This document shows, piece by piece, positions 20,509 through 34,352 of a stretch of DNA of 64,000 bases. The stretch comes from Microbotryum violaceum. Taxonomy: Eukaryota. Location of the stretch: NCBI GenBank assembly GCA_001244265.2, contig CDLV01000008.1:1922001-1986000 (forward strand), read 5' to 3'. The notes beneath the pieces were generated by a model. That model searched no databases, was not told where the DNA came from, and worked only from the letters and a program-made list of their open reading frames with translations. Each line of letters begins with the position of its first letter. Positions within the stretch are counted from its first letter, which is position 1. The position numbers and the translations under genes are program-made.

Positions 20509-21987
20509 ATGGCTACCTCACCAGATAAGTTCAAGAAGCTCGCCCCAGTGCGAGCCGAGCGGGGCGGCATCGAGGGCGGACCGCAACGAACGATCCACGC
20601 CGCACGTTGGGACGACCTGGTCGGTTGTGAACAAAGTTACGCTGTTTCCAGCCAGCTTCTGGCACATGAACACTGATACTCCCCTGCATTCGCGTCTTTA
20701 GAGTGGCACGTCGACCCTGACGCAAGGACTTCGCGCCCTGCAGACCCTCCTCGCCTTCATCCTGCTATGCATTTACCTCTCCCTCGCCGGCTTCCAACGC
20801 GACCATTCCGTCGGCCCAAGCTTCCTCGTCATATTTGCCTTGATGATCATCGTCTCCGCAACGCTGCACTCGATGGTACTGCGTAAGTCTTCGCACGTGC
20901 TCGGACTCGAGTGTGCGGACCTGGGTCACCTGTTCAAGGCTGACTTGCGAAGTGGATGCCGGGCAACGATCGCTCTCGGATCGCAGTCGGGGTGGCCCTC
21001 TACTCGGACAACGTACGCCTCTTTCGGTCCATGGCCCGTGGGATGCGAAAAATTCGAGTCGCCATGATCGTCAACACGAATCAAGTCATTTGGATCTTTA
21101 TGGCGATGTGAGAATCGCCCTTCTCACTTTGGCCCATCGCCTGGCGGCTGACCCCTCCCCTTTCCCTCCCACCCGACGGCCACAGGGTTTCTGTTACGGC
21201 GTCGACGCGGGCAGGCGGATGCAAGAGCCCTGCTCTGGACGAACATGCCGGTAACAAGGCCTACACGGCCCTGTTGCCACCTTATTGCCGCGACAAGCGC
21301 GCAGGCGCGGTTTTCTTTTGGCTCCTCTTCAGTTGAGTTTGACGCGGCGGAGTCGCGGTTAGGGGCCTGAACCCCGAGAGGCTGACGATTTGGATCTTCC
21401 TTATTTCCCTCAAACGGTCATGATACCATTCTAACCTTCTTTCAGTTACTTGGTGTGCTTCCTTGGGCATTACGATCGCCTCTTGGTATCGAGCTCGTCG
21501 GCGCCCGCAGAGCCAAGCTTTCCCCAGCGTCCCAGGCGTTCACGAGCCTCCGATCGACCTCGAACGAGAACCTCCCTTCGAGTCACCGTACGATGTCGCT
21601 ATGATGGAGCGGCAAGCCGTGATCCAAAGTGATGGAACCCCGAGCACTGCCTGCGTCTACGAACCCAATCACGACTACCAAGTCCTTAACGGCGTGTACG
21701 AAAGCCCCCAGGTCGTCGTTTCGAGTGATGCGGGCCATTCCTCGATGACGGCTATTACCAACACTGGCATGTCCAGGTTCGAGAACAGCATGACGAACGT
21801 GATGAGTCCGGGGACGACGCTGGTTTCGGGGCGTTTGAGCTCCCAAGTGTACGGCGGTGAAAAGGATCCGTTCGTGGATCAAGCGAGGGAGGAACGAAGT
21901 CATCTGACTTACCAGGATCCGTACGAGATGGCCAGAGCCTCGATCGACATGACCGAGGGTCTTCATCAGCATACGACTCCGTATTGA
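20509..21987 (+). CDS. Hypothetical multi-pass membrane protein (MARVEL-like), spliced
   Basis: ATG 20509 followed by GT/AG-bounded exons encoding hydrophobic segments (TLLAFILLCIYLSLAGF, FLVIFALMIIVSATLHSMVL, AVFFWLLF, LGITIASW) and a polar C-terminal tail. Confidence 0.55.
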
Positions 21988-22455
21988 AGAGGGAGAAAGA
22001 GGAGGGAGGGAAGGGCCAATGAAGTTTGAATGTGACGAAGAAGAACCGATTATAGATACGTCGTAGTGCGACTGAGCAGTGTCAAGAAATATACGGCAGT
22101 GGCGCGAAGTGTCCCTTCATGATCGTCCTCTGCCATAGAATGAGGGTTTCGCCCCCGAGATTACTGTAACCATACTTCACATAGCTCCATTTAGCGGCGA
22201 ACGACGTACAATTTCGGGAAGATAAAAGCAGCAGCGCCACGTCGAACCGAAGCCGAGACCAGTCACGTGCTCTTCTCGGGCGGCGCATTTCGCAGTCGCG
22301 CCTCCGCTGCTGACGTCCTTCTGCCCATCAACATCGCCGAGACACGGCGCATACTAGCTCCCACCTGCTTTTACGGAGGCGCTCTAGCAAAGTCGAACAA
22401 AGCGCCTTTTGTCGGTACCTATTCGGTTCTCGACCTTTTCATTTGGCTCAATACG

Positions 22456-24023
22456 ATGGCCCCCTGCGCCTTGTGCCCTCCTGGCGATGCCCTTCCGCGA
22501 CGAGCGATCCTGCGACGTCCCAAGACGCTGCAACCCGTCTGCAAGGAATGCTTCTTCGTCGTCTTTGAAACCGAGATCCACCATACGATCCTCGGATACG
22601 GACAGGCCGAACGTAACGACAAGGGCAAAAGGAAGGCCCTTTTCAAGCGAGGCGAGAGGGTCGCCATCGGCGCGAGTGGTGGCAAAGGTCCGTTCCTGTA
22701 CCTGAATGCCGATGCATTAGTTAGTTGATACCGCCTTATGTTGTAGCTTACCGCTTTTGCTCCCCTCTCCCGGCTCAGATTCGACGGTGTTGGCGCATAT
22801 CATGAAGGTGCTCAACGATCGCTACGACTACGGGCTCGACCTGTGCTTACTCTCTATCGACGAAGGAATCAGTGGATACCGGGATGCTTCCTTGGATGTG
22901 CATTCTCAGCTCATCTGATCATAAAGAGATCAATGTGCAGCTCTGACGACCAATGTTCTGGCTTGATTTCCGCGAGCGAGCAGACCGTTAAAAGAAATGC
23001 CGTGCAGTACGACTTGCCCCTCAAGATTCTCTCTTACAAGGAGCTTTACAATGGTTGGACGATGGACAAGGTGGTCGCTGAGATCGGGAAGAAGGGCAAT
23101 TGTATGTTTTATCACAACTTTTAACTTTAGTCCCAGAAGTTTAGGACCTAATCAGAGAGATCTTCTCTATCCCCCGCCGTGCAGGCACCTACTGTGGAGT
23201 GTTCCGACGCCAGGCTCTGGACCGAGGCGCTCATCTCTTGACCGTCGACCACGTTGTAACGGGTCACAATGCTGATGATGTCGCCGAGACCGTCCTGATG
23301 AATGGTGAGTTAGACTAGACGCGACGTCATCGCCTAACTCCCAGCTGATTGCCGATACCCCCGAATACTCATAGTTCTGCGTGGCGACATTGCTCGAGTT
23401 GGGCGGTGTACGGCGATCACAACGGGGGGTGATCCATTTTCATCAGCTGAAGCCAGGGACGATGATCCGAACGACGACGACGGCGAGGGCGGCAAATCGC
23501 TGAGCTCGCTGCTGCCTTCGACAATCAAGCGCTCCAAGCCGTTTAAATACACGTACGAGAAGGAGATCGTTCTATACGCCTACTTCAAGAAGTTGGACTA
23601 CCACTCGACGGAATGCATCTATTCCCCGACGGCGTATCGTGGGTATGCGAGGGCGCTGGTCAAGGATCTTGAGGCGGTGCGCCCGAGCAGCATCGTCGAT
23701 CTGATCTATTCGGGTGAGATGATGGCACAGAGCATGTCCCTCAAGGGGCGGCGTGTTGGAGGCGATTGGAGTGGGAAGGAGGGGGAGCTGATGGGGTATA
23801 AAAAGCTCAAGGGATGCGCGGGCCGACAAGTGCAACGTGAGTCGACCGTTCGGGATTTCCGGTCCGGCTACACGAAACTAATCAAGGTGTCGTGCTGCTG
23901 CGATCCTCCACAGAGAATTGCTCCAAGTGCAACTCACTCTCCTCTCAGCCGTTATGCCAGGCCTGTCTGCTATTGGAGAGTCTCAATCAAGGTGTCGCCA
24001 AGGTCGAGCTCTCGGACCGGTAG
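22456..24023 (+). CDS. NCS6: Cytoplasmic tRNA 2-thiolation protein 1
   Basis: [44 protein letters not shown] (PP-loop), [63 protein letters not shown]-terminal CQAC. Confidence 0.93.
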
Positions 24024-24405
24024 CGCCGAGGTCTTCCAACTTCCAGCTGAGTCGGTGCCCGATATGATCACTGCCACATGTCGCACCACGCCAGTCTAGG
24101 GTCTTAGATATCGTCTCGTCTTTGGCTGTAATATTGAAACCTTGTTGTTCAGATCAGCGTTAGGGAAATCGATGACCGCTTGTGGAAGGCATTGCAAATT
24201 CTTGGTGATCGACCTGGGTTAAACGGTGAATTTGAGCACAATTTGACATTTCGGACGCGACTGGCGCGATGGCAGCCGCACTGCGCGAGGTGTGACGCGT
24301 CGCGACCCGTGCGACCCAACTTCACCCCTCTTCCACCACCTCTCACACCCGACCCCCGACATCTCACGCCCTGCACTCGAACCAGGATACATTCCAACCG
24401 AGAAC

Positions 24406-26183
24406 ATGTCATTGCTCGTCGACAAGCACCGGCCCAAGAGCCTCGATGAGCTGCAGTACCACGCGCAGCTTTCCGATCGATTAAGATCACTTGTACGCGC
24501 TCTTTGCGACGTTCTGCTCTGTGCTGGGAGCATCTTCTGCCACCATCGAGTGATTAAACTGATTCATGGTCTCTCATCTCCGTGACAATACCACTGCGCA
24601 GGCCCAGACAGATTTCCCTCACACGCTCTTCTACGGCCCCTCGGGCGCGGGCAAGAAGACCCGCATCATGTGCTGCCTTAGGGAGCTGTACGGACCAGGT
24701 GTAGAAAAGGTGACGAACAACTCTCCCTTGTCTTGACTTACGACTGCTTGCGGACGCTCCTCTTCTGTGCGGGCCCTCTCAATCTCCTGTGCTAAACGTC
24801 CGGTCGACCCCTTTGCTACGCCAGCTTCGAATCGAGCAAAGGACCTTCCTGACACCGAGCAAGCGCAAGATCGAGATCAACATTGTTCAATCCAACTACC
24901 ACATTGAATTGACGCCGAGGTCGGTCCCAAGATCTGGCCCCCAATCTCGAGCACCTGCACTGACCGAAGACTTTTCGCTCCACAAGTGACGCTGGCAACT
25001 ACGACCGGTCCATCATCCAAGAAATTCTCAAGGATATTGCCCAGACGCAACAGGTCGATTTGAACGCCAAGAAGAGGTTCAAGGGTGCGTACAAGAAAGG
25101 GATCCACCAACCTCCATAAGGGATTATGGCTGACTCCCGAGTCGAACCTGTTCTTAGTCGTCATCATTAACGAAGCCGACTCGCTCTCTCGAGATGCCCA
25201 ATCGGCGTTGCGTCGCACGATGGAGAAGTTCACCGCCAACCTGCGCATCATCCTCTGTGCCAACTCGACCAGTCGCATCATTGGTCCGATCCGTTCGAGG
25301 TGTCTGCTCCTGCGCGTCGGGGCACCGTCAGAAGATGAGGTGAGGGAAAGGGTGCAATGTCTCATGGGGCGAAGAATATGACGGAGCTGACTCAGTTTGG
25401 ACGTTATGCTCGACTAGATCACCAAATGCCTTGCCTACGCCGCCAAGAAGGAAAAGTTCACCCTGCCTGCCCACGTTTCGACTCTGCTCGCCCGGATCTC
25501 GGAGGGCAACCTGCGACGAGCGCTGCTCTCCCTCGAGGCTCTCTACGTCCAGGATCCTTCATTCAAGACCATCTCCCCTTCCCACCCTTTGCTCAAAGGC
25601 CAGACTCCACGGCTCGAGGATCTTGACTCAGTTCCGCGGCCGGATTGGGAAAAGTACACAGCTAAAGCCGCAGAAAGGATCCTCGGCGAGCAGACGCCGG
25701 AGCGATTGTTGGAGGTCAGGGGGATGCTGTACGAGCTGCTTGTGCATTGTATCCCGGCCCCTCTCATCATCTCGGTGAGTTCGGGCCGGTCCACGGGTCA
25801 GAGCTGCGCTTACTTGACGAGATTCTTTTCGGATGAGCAGACGTTGACGAGGAGGATACTGGAGCGCGTCGATGAGCCGCTAAAGGCCGATGTGGTCTAC
25901 TGGGCTGCTTTCTATGAACACCGACTGCGATTAGGCTCCAAGGCTATCTTCCACCTTGAAGGTGAGCCCCCGCCCTTATCTGGCAATGGCCCAGCTCGGA
26001 AGCTGAACCCAGACTGATTTCGTTTTTCACCCGTGTCGCAGCCTTTTGCGCCAAGATCATGAGTGTGTACAAGCGTGTGTTTAGCAGATAGACTGTCGAG
26101 ATTCTAGGCCCGCTGAACTTCTGAAAGTTGACATCGTCTTTGCCCTTGCCACAGAACATCTTCTTGGATTTACTGGGCCCTGA
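24406..26183 (+). CDS. RFC5: Replication factor C small subunit (yeast Rfc5 / human RFC3 ortholog)
   Basis: MSLLVDKHRPKSL, FPHTLFYGPSGAGKKTRI, QSNYHIELTP, VIINEADSLSRDAQSALRRTMEK, IRSRCLLLRV, LYELLVHCIP, EHRLRLGSKAIFHLEAFCAK. Confidence 0.93.
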
Positions 26184-27070
26184 GCAGGGCGACCGGGGTC
26201 CTGCCTACGTTGCACATCTTGTATTCGTACCGCACATCGCTTACTTGTATGTAACACGAACGCGATTTTCGTTGCAATTGACAGTTGACTTGACAAATCG
26301 GTACAGTCGGGTGGGCTCGCGGTCAGAATTTGTATCCATGGGCACGAGGTCGATGGACGATCAGCACTTTCCGGGACGAAGGCTACTTTCTGGCCCCGCG
26401 GGTCTTTGGCACCTATGTACCTGGTCCTGCGGGCTTTTGATGCTTCCCCGCAAGGAGGATTTGATCTGCCAGAAGGATAGTAGAGCGTGATTAAGGATCC
26501 GGGGCCCCGCCTTCACATGACTCGGAGCCACGTCGCGCGAGATGAGTCAAGCGGCCATGACAGGAACCCATTTTCTAGCGTCAAGTTATGATGACGGCAG
26601 CAAGTCGTGACTGAATCCGCACAGGTAGACATGTATTGAGCAAGTCGTTCGATGGTTACCAAACCGGCGCGTAGTATATTGCGGCGAAAGAGAGCTGAGA
26701 GGCCACCAGCGTCCGATCCGGCTAAGTTCGTGTCGGAACTTGGGCGGGCCCGGTGCCTCGATCGGAGTTCGCCTCGATCAGTCTGAATCGCAAACTTCCC
26801 TCTGCTTCTGCTTGTCTTTCTAAGCTATTTCTATCTGAATCCCTCACGCTCTCGTCCTAGTACTCCGGTGCCCATCCTCCTCTGGTGAGTTACTGTCACT
26901 CGATCGCAGCCGTCGGTCGGCGACTGGCAAGAATCAGTCCGAGCTCGTCCCTTGACTCGGAGGTAAAGGGCGGGATGGTCCACCGTCCAGGGAGTGCTCG
27001 TTCCGATCTTAAGTTATCCGCGTGCAATTGACGATTTCCTGCTCTACTTCATTTCCTTGTTGAAATTGTC

Positions 27071-27166
27071 CCCAACTCGCTTCTTAAAAATAATTGGTCG
27101 ACCTGCCCCCCCCCCCCAACTCGCTTCTTAAAAATAATTGGTCGACCTGCCCCCCCCCCCAACTCG
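27071..27166. repeat. Tandem duplication of ~46-bp unit ending in a poly-C tract
   Basis: CCAACTCGCTTCTTAAAAATAATTGGTCGACCTGC(C)n occurs twice, plus a partial third start CCAACTCG. Confidence 0.9.
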
Positions 27167-27832
27167 TTTCTCGATCTCACCGTCGCGGAACTGTTTCGAT
27201 TTCACCCGCCTCCTTCCGGTCTCTTCCGCCCGACGTCCATTGACCTTCGATCGTGGGTTCGGACTCTGTTCTTGGATGACAAATGCGTGTACCGTCCTCG
27301 GCTAAACCCCAAACACGAGAAACCACCTCAAAAAACCGGCGATCCCTGCCCAAATATCTCACGGCAATGTGTACACCAGCGTCTCACAAGCAGCAGCAGA
27401 AAACCTCGATTTCGAAAACTTTGGAAAACTTCGGACTTTGTCGCGCTCCACCGACAAGCGGACCGAGCGCAAATCCACCCACCCGATCGCTCCGACATCT
27501 CGTCGGACTAAAACCTCGGCTGAGCTCCTCCACGACCGCGCTGCCCCATTCCGATTCCGAGGCCGCCAGTCCTCGACCCCGACCCACCGACTCTGTTTGC
27601 CCTTCTTCTTGCCCTTACGTCCACCATTCTTGGTTCTAGCCCCCTATCGTCGATCGTCGCTCGCACTCGCGGCTGCGTACCTTTAGCCCTTCGTCTTCCG
27701 TCTACCTCGTTCTCGTCGCTCTCGTCGCCGTCGTCGCCGAAGCTTTTACTCGCCGCGGCCCAACCTCGCAGCTACCACTCGACCTCGGCGATCTTCGCCC
27801 ACCCCAGCTCTTCTACTCCCTCTTCGTTGACC

Positions 27833-30294
27833 ATGTCGACCGCCAACGGCAAAATCGCGCCCAACGTTGGCCTCCAGGGCGGTGTCGAACCTTCCAACGT
27901 CGGCACCAAAGAAGTGCTCGTCGGCCGTGCTCTCGCCAGGCTGAGGTCAGTACTCTCTCTTCTTCTTTTCTCTCATCCCATTTGGGTGCCCTGGCTCTTT
28001 GAACGTTCGACCGGGTCGACGCTACAAAACATGGGGGTTACGCTGCAACACATCCCTGTGCCGGGAAGTGATCGCATTTGCCAGGCATAGGATATTTCAA
28101 CTGCGCGACCGACGTCGCGTGACTCCGCCCGTGCTCTGCTCTGGCTGCGACCGGCGGGTGCGCGGCGGGTGAGCGGCTGCGATCCGCTCTGCCCGCTCTG
28201 CCCGCCCGCTTCGTCCGCTCTCTTCAAAAGACTGCTAAGTACACGCCGGACGAAAGCTCGAGTGCGCATTCATCGCTCGGAAGTGTTCGGCAGGTGACTC
28301 TCCAAAGGTCCAGGTCATCGCCCTTCCCCACCTGTTCTGGTTCCGCACATGGTCTGACTGTACTTCTGCTCACTTGTCCGTCATCTCCGACGTTGCTGCT
28401 GCTGCTTCAACGACGTGCGCCAACGCGCTCCATGACCTACCCCTACTCTGGTCCTACGACCTCAGGTCGATCCCCGGAGACTTGGAAAAGTACACCTTCC
28501 TGGCCAGTCTCAAGTCGCGGAATGAGAACGTCTTTTACGCGCTTGTCGGATCCCACATGAAGGAGCTCTGCGTAGGTTCTTTTCATCCTTTTCGATGTTG
28601 CACAAGGAAGCAGCGTACTGATCCAACAGGCAATTTCTGCGACCTACAGCCCTTAATCTACACCCCCGTCATTGGTGAGCCTCTGGACTGCCCGGATTCA
28701 CCGAAAGCAAAGAAAAGGGGGTTACTGACCATCATACCCGGAGGCAGGCCTCGCATGCCAGAACTTTTCCCTGATCCACCCTCCCCCGACACCAACACCA
28801 AGCCCGCGCGCGCGCTGTACCTCTCAGCGCCGGACTTACCGCACCTCCCCGAGATCCTCGCCAACCTCAAAACGCGGCTGCCGCACGACCAGATGGAGAT
28901 TGCGGTCGTGACCGACGGTTCGCGGGTGCTGGGTCTCGGTGATTTGGGCGTCGGTGGTATGGGCATTTCCATGGGCAAGCTTTCGCTCTACGTCGCTGCC
29001 GGTGGTGTGAACCCCAAGGCGACGCTGCCGATCGTCGTCGACTTCGGTACCGACAACGAGAAGCTCCTCGGCGACCCGCTGTACGTCGGCATGAGGCAGA
29101 GGAGGATGAGCGATGCCGACTGCGAGGCCTGGTTCGAGGTCTTCATGAAGGAGATGCACCAGACGTTCCCCAACATGGTCAGTTTGGTCTCAAATCCGTG
29201 TGGCCTGTATCTGTTCGCCTCGGCTGACCCTGTGGGGTCCACTCGCGTCTGCCCACAGATCATTCAATTCGAAGACTTCCACACGACCCTCGCCTTCCCG
29301 CTCCTGGAAAAGCACCGCGAGCGCTATCCGTGCTTCAACGACGACATCCAGGGCACCGGATCCGTCATCCTCGCCGGTGCGATTCGCGCTTTCGCGCAAA
29401 ACGGGATCCCGCTCAAGGAACAACGCATTCTCTTCTTTGGCGCTGGTTCGTCCGGCGTCGGCGTCGCCGAGACGATCAGCAAGCACTTTGAGCTCGCTGG
29501 TGGCATGACCGAGGACGAAGCCCGCAACCGTTTCTGGCTTGTCGACTCAAAAGGTTTGGTTGCCAACAACCGAGGGGACAAGCTGCCGACACACAAGCAG
29601 TACCTCGCCCGACGGGAGGAGGACGCACCTAAGCTCAAGACGCTGCTCGAGGTCGTCAAGCACGTGCGCCCGACGGCGCTGATGGGTCTGTCGACGCTCG
29701 GTGGGGCCTTCACGCGCGAGATCCTCGAATTCATGGCCCACATCAACGCCAAGCCGATCGTGTTTGCGCTTTCGAACCCCGTCGCGCTTGCCGAGTGCAC
29801 ATATGAGGAAGCGGTCGAGGCGACGAACGGGACGGTGCTGTACGCGTCCGGCTCGCCGTTTGACCCCGTGCAGTTCGAGGGCAAGACGTACGAGCCCGGG
29901 CAGGGCAACAACATGTACATCTTCCCCGCCGTCGGTCTCGGTGCGATCCTGGCGCAGGTTAAGACAATCCCCGAGGCCATCATCCACGCCGCCGCGAGGG
30001 CGCTCGCCGACTCGCTCAACGCCGACGAGAAGGAGCGTCGTTTGCTGTACCCCGATGTCGAGCGGATTCGGGAGGTGACCATCTTTATCGCCTTGAGGGT
30101 CATCCGTGCGGCGCAGCAGGCCGGCGTCGACCGGAACGAGAAGCTGAGGGGCATGACCGACCTTGAACTCAACAACTAGTGAGTGCAGGCGATGCGCGCT
30201 GTGTGTTGTGGTGCTGGGCACTGACCGTCCGTTTTCCCTCGTGCTTCCTTGCAGCATCCGAGGCTCCATGTACCAAGCCATGTTGGAACTCTAA
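27833..30294 (+). CDS. Malic enzyme (NAD(P)-dependent malate dehydrogenase, decarboxylating)
   Basis: PLIYTPVIG, VVTDGSRVLGLGDLGVGGMGISMGKL, DFGTDNE, IQFEDF, CFNDDIQGTG, GAGSSG, FALSNP, ASGSPF, QGNNMYIFP. Long first intron (~27946-28465). Confidence 0.93.
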
Positions 30295-30673
30295 ATCACG
30301 TGACGTGTCCCCATAAAAAAGGTTGGGTTCGGCCGGTCCCGTTGCTCGTCTTGCAGGTCTTTCACCATTTTGTCGGCTCGGGCTCTCTTTTATGTTTGAA
30401 GCAGTTTCTCCCTCTCCGTTTTTACCCTCTCTCTCGGTCTTCTTGATTGCAACACGAACCTTTCGAGCCAACTTCTCTGCGAGCAGCTGAAGACCTGCTC
30501 AGGATTGCTGAGGAGACCCCGACTTGCAGCAAGTCAATGCGCCCGTTCGGGCTCGGCTCTCATCGATCTCATCCTCCCGATTGCCCGAGTCCGAACCCCC
30601 AACCTTCACTACCCGATTCACCTTATTGCACGATCCGAGCACGACGGTAGCCGTAGCTTCCACGAGCGCTACT

Positions 30674-31985
30674 ATGAAACTCTCATCCGAATCCCCCAAC
30701 CTCGTGCTAACGCCGACAACCGACGCCGAGATCGCGCAACGACTTGCCGCGCTCGAGGGCGTACTGGGCTTATTTGGAGCGGACCAAGTCACCCAAGCCA
30801 GTGCCGAGCAGCTGAGGAGACTAGTGAGGTTTCGGGCATCATTGGAAGAGATGGAGTGAGTCTGCTTGGCGGCAGGAGGTAGCAGGTAGCAGATGACGTT
30901 GTGTGGTGAGCGTTGCCCCACCTGCTGGAGCTGATGCCTGCGTGAAACGCATTTACGGACAGATTACCCAAGCAGATCCTTGCTGGCGTATTGATCTTAC
31001 TACATGTTCTGCCGAATGGGACATTGGGTGTGACGGTGGGTCCTCGCTCGGCGTGAACCGTGTGGGGCTCAACTCTCCCGAAACGTCCGGGGTCTCTGAT
31101 ACTTTGTCTTGCAATTCTCCCTGTACAGCTCACTACAAGAAGTGCCAAGCTTCGGGCTCACCCGGGGGATACGGCATTACCTGGAGGCAAATATGACCCG
31201 GGTGATGCGACGATTGAAGGCATTGCCGTGAGCGCACAATTTTCCCAACCCAGGCCCGAACGTCGTAACTCCCGACTTGAACTACTTCAGTATCTAACTC
31301 TACTCCTTACAATCGACGATCTTTGCAGCTCAGAGAAGCAAACGAAGAGATTGGCTTGTCCCTTGAGACCCCTGCAGATCTTTTGCAACTCACGCGTCTC
31401 CCAAGTTTTGCTTCGGCCAGTTTGCTCGTCGTCGTGCCCGTCGTGTATCTGTACACGCGCAAGGGACCGCTACCCGAGTGGGTCAAGAACGAGGACGAGG
31501 TCGAGCATATTTTCACACTGCCGTTGCATAGTCTCGATCCGACAAGGAGGACCTTGTCGTGCCCAGTCGAACGCGCGTCGACAAAGGCACCGCTTGATAC
31601 AGATGCGCCGACCCAGCCCCACGACACGTCACATTTGGATGTGGATATCACTCTTGAATACACTTATGTCGACATCCCGTGGTTGGACAACTGCCCGTAC
31701 CGCCTCCGATCGTTCGACTCGGACGCACTCCCCTCAAAAATTTCGGGCTTGACGGCCGACATCCTCTTGCTCCTGCTGAGGATCGCAGACGACCGAGTGA
31801 GGTCCCATCTCGTCGCACCTGGGGAGGAAGGTGGAGAAAGGGTTGGGGAGGAGGATTGGCATGCCTTTGCCCAAGGGCAAATGGAATGGGAGGACCTCGT
31901 CAAGAGAGCCATCGCCGAGCCGAGGGGCCCGAAAGGGGCGAGGATCAAGTACAGTCGGATCGTGGCGGGGAGCACTAGTCAGTAG
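30674..31985 (+). CDS. Nudix hydrolase, CoA-pyrophosphatase (PCD1/NUDT7)-like; start uncertain
   Basis: LTTRSAKLRAHPGDTALPGGK..LREANEEIGL (NuCoA motif plus Nudix box), NEDEVEHIFTLPL, ISGLTADIL. Confidence 0.8.
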
Positions 31986-33724
31986 TATTTAGCAGGTTTA
32001 GTGGCGAGGTACATGTGCAAACCATAGACCAATCTGCATCACTCGTCTTTTGAGCCGCGGACTTACGAAAGGCACTTATCACCCTGAAAATCTGACCCTT
32101 GTACCATACACCGTACCCACGGGGCTTTGGGAGCGGCTAAGGGCGTTGATTTGGGCGAGGAGGGCTTCGAGGTCGGCTCGGTAACTTGGAGGGTAGGTAG
32201 CAAGAGGGCTGTTTGCGGCGATGGGTGGGGCGATAATCGATTTTGATCGGGTCATGATTGTGTCTGGCGAGGGCGTCGGTGACATTAAGCAGGCCAGCGA
32301 TTGGGTGTGAGTGACTTTGCCGGCCCCAATGAAGCCAATCTTCAGATCGATCATTGATGTTTTCTTCGCATGCTACCAGACAAAACTTGGTCGACAAAAC
32401 GCTCTCGACAACGTTCCTGGTGGCGGTCGCGTCCGACCTTTTTGCGTCGTCTAAAGAGCGCGGCTTAATTTTCCGCGTTCTTGACATCCCCGACGCCAAG
32501 TTTTCAAGCTCTTTCAAGATCATACTTGGCGGCTTTCGCCATCATCGACTGGCTCATCATTTCCGCCTGTCTGACCTACTGCGCCAATCTCACCCTATGC
32601 GTACCGACTTATTACCTGTACGCACGACTAAAAAAAAACTAAAAACGCCAAGTCTACACCCACGTCCACCGCCGCGATTCGGAGGCGGAGCCAGGGCGTC
32701 CTCGTCAACATGTGCGATTACGGCGCCTTGGCCGCAGCACTCCTGCTGTCGCCGGAACAAATCGTGATTCGTCTAGTGTTGAGCCTTTTAAACGTTGACC
32801 TTGATAACGTGAGTAATCTATCGGCTGTGCGGTGCAAAGGCGGTATGGGCTGAACGCTAGCTGACGCGTCGCTACGACAAACCACTAGTGGCGTCAACGA
32901 GATCCAGCGCAGGAGGCGCCGGACAAGAATTCCCCTCCTCCCGTGCCTCCCTTACGGCCCCTGCCCGGGGCTCTATCCTATCGACGCAAGCTAAATTGGA
33001 ACTACTTCGATCAGTAAGTGTCGCACCGCTCGTTCGACCGGAAGCGGCTTGAATCGATTGGCCAACTGACGCCGGCTCGGGCGGCTCCGACTCAGGGGTC
33101 AGCTTCATCCTCAGCTCTAAGGCAACCTCCCCCCCGAGGGGTAAGCATCTGACAGCTCGTCTGGGAGGCAAAAGACAGGCGAGAATCAAATCCTCGACTG
33201 ACTGCATTACACTTTGCGATGGCAATAGCACGCTGCGCCAGCTGATATATCGCGGGAGATGAATCCGATCCGGCAACACACCGCCGCCTCCCTTACGAGC
33301 TCCACGGATCCGAGCGAAGGTCCATCTTTCGCGGTTCCAGCTCAGTCCTCAGCCTCGGTTACAACTTCCAGTGCAGGTCGACTCGTGCGAACACGCCGTC
33401 GCTTTCGATTGGTAGGCATCTGAGAGCTCGTCCGGGCGGCAGCAACGACGAGCGAGGACCAGTCCACCGACTGCTTGGCAACTGAATGACCTCTACACAG
33501 CCTTCTCAATGGAAGAGAAAGTCTTCTACGCCACCCGAGTCAACGGGAATCACATTTACGGCTCCTCCTCGCCAGCGACGGGAGGCCACCATTATCAACA
33601 TGTACCCTGCGACCGAGGAACAAGGCGGACTCAATACCCCCAGGAAAGAATCATCAGTAATGGCCGCCACGCGAGAAGCCTTCAGCAGCGTCAGGAAGAA
33701 GAACAGGAAGAGGGATTTAGTCTG

Positions 33725-33975
33725 TGCAAGGCCCGATATCTTTGACTAAGGTCTCATGGAAGGCGATGGAAATGGAGTTTAGTGCAGGTAGCTCGCGCGC
33801 GCCTGGAACCTCTCTTGGCTTCGGCCAGGTCACTGACCTGAGGTTCTAGGTGGTGTGCGTTTCTCTTGTTTGTGTAGTATCGCAGGGTCGCTGACCCGAG
33901 GCTCGAGGTGGACCTGCATTACTACCGTTTGATCCTGTGTATTGTTCTGGAGCACGGCTGTACGCGGTGCTTCCA
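33725..33975 (+). mobile_element. Solo LTR (251 bp) of the gypsy family found in the palindrome
   Basis: TGCAAG...CTTCCA termini and a perfect 5-bp TSD GTCTG (33720-33724 / 33976-33980). Colinear but diverged relative to 12667-12909. Confidence 0.9.
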
Positions 33976-34352
33976 GTCTGTTACAAAGTTGACATCTCTT
34001 TCTTTCGCCAACTCTCTTCGCTCTCCATCTCCATTACCCAGCTCATTCCTTCTCCATCTCTTCCCGATGAACATCGCTACGTCCATGCCTCAACCCCGTT
34101 CAGAAGTACCATACCCGTTCCCACATCATCTCCCAAGTCAACAATCGTCAAAGTGCCACTGCTCTGCATGTCTGGGACCCCAAAATACATGAGGTCGAGA
34201 GTTGAACAGCAGGTTTTACATGATCGCAGTAAATTTAACCAGTGAGGTCCCATAAAATTAACGGGAGGATAAAACTCAAATATCAGGAGAATTGAACGGT
34301 TTACATGGTTTGAGTGGAGGTAAAACACACAATACGAAGTACAGCATATAAA

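Noticed and set aside
27071..27166. CRISPR-like repeat
   Set aside because: Direct tandem copies without unique spacers, in a eukaryotic context with no cas genes.
20509..31985. Functional gene cluster
   Set aside because: The neighbouring genes (NCS6, RFC5, malic enzyme, Nudix) are unrelated housekeeping functions.
32000..33720. Short ORFs between the Nudix gene and the solo LTR
   Set aside because: No recognisable domain or consistent exon structure.
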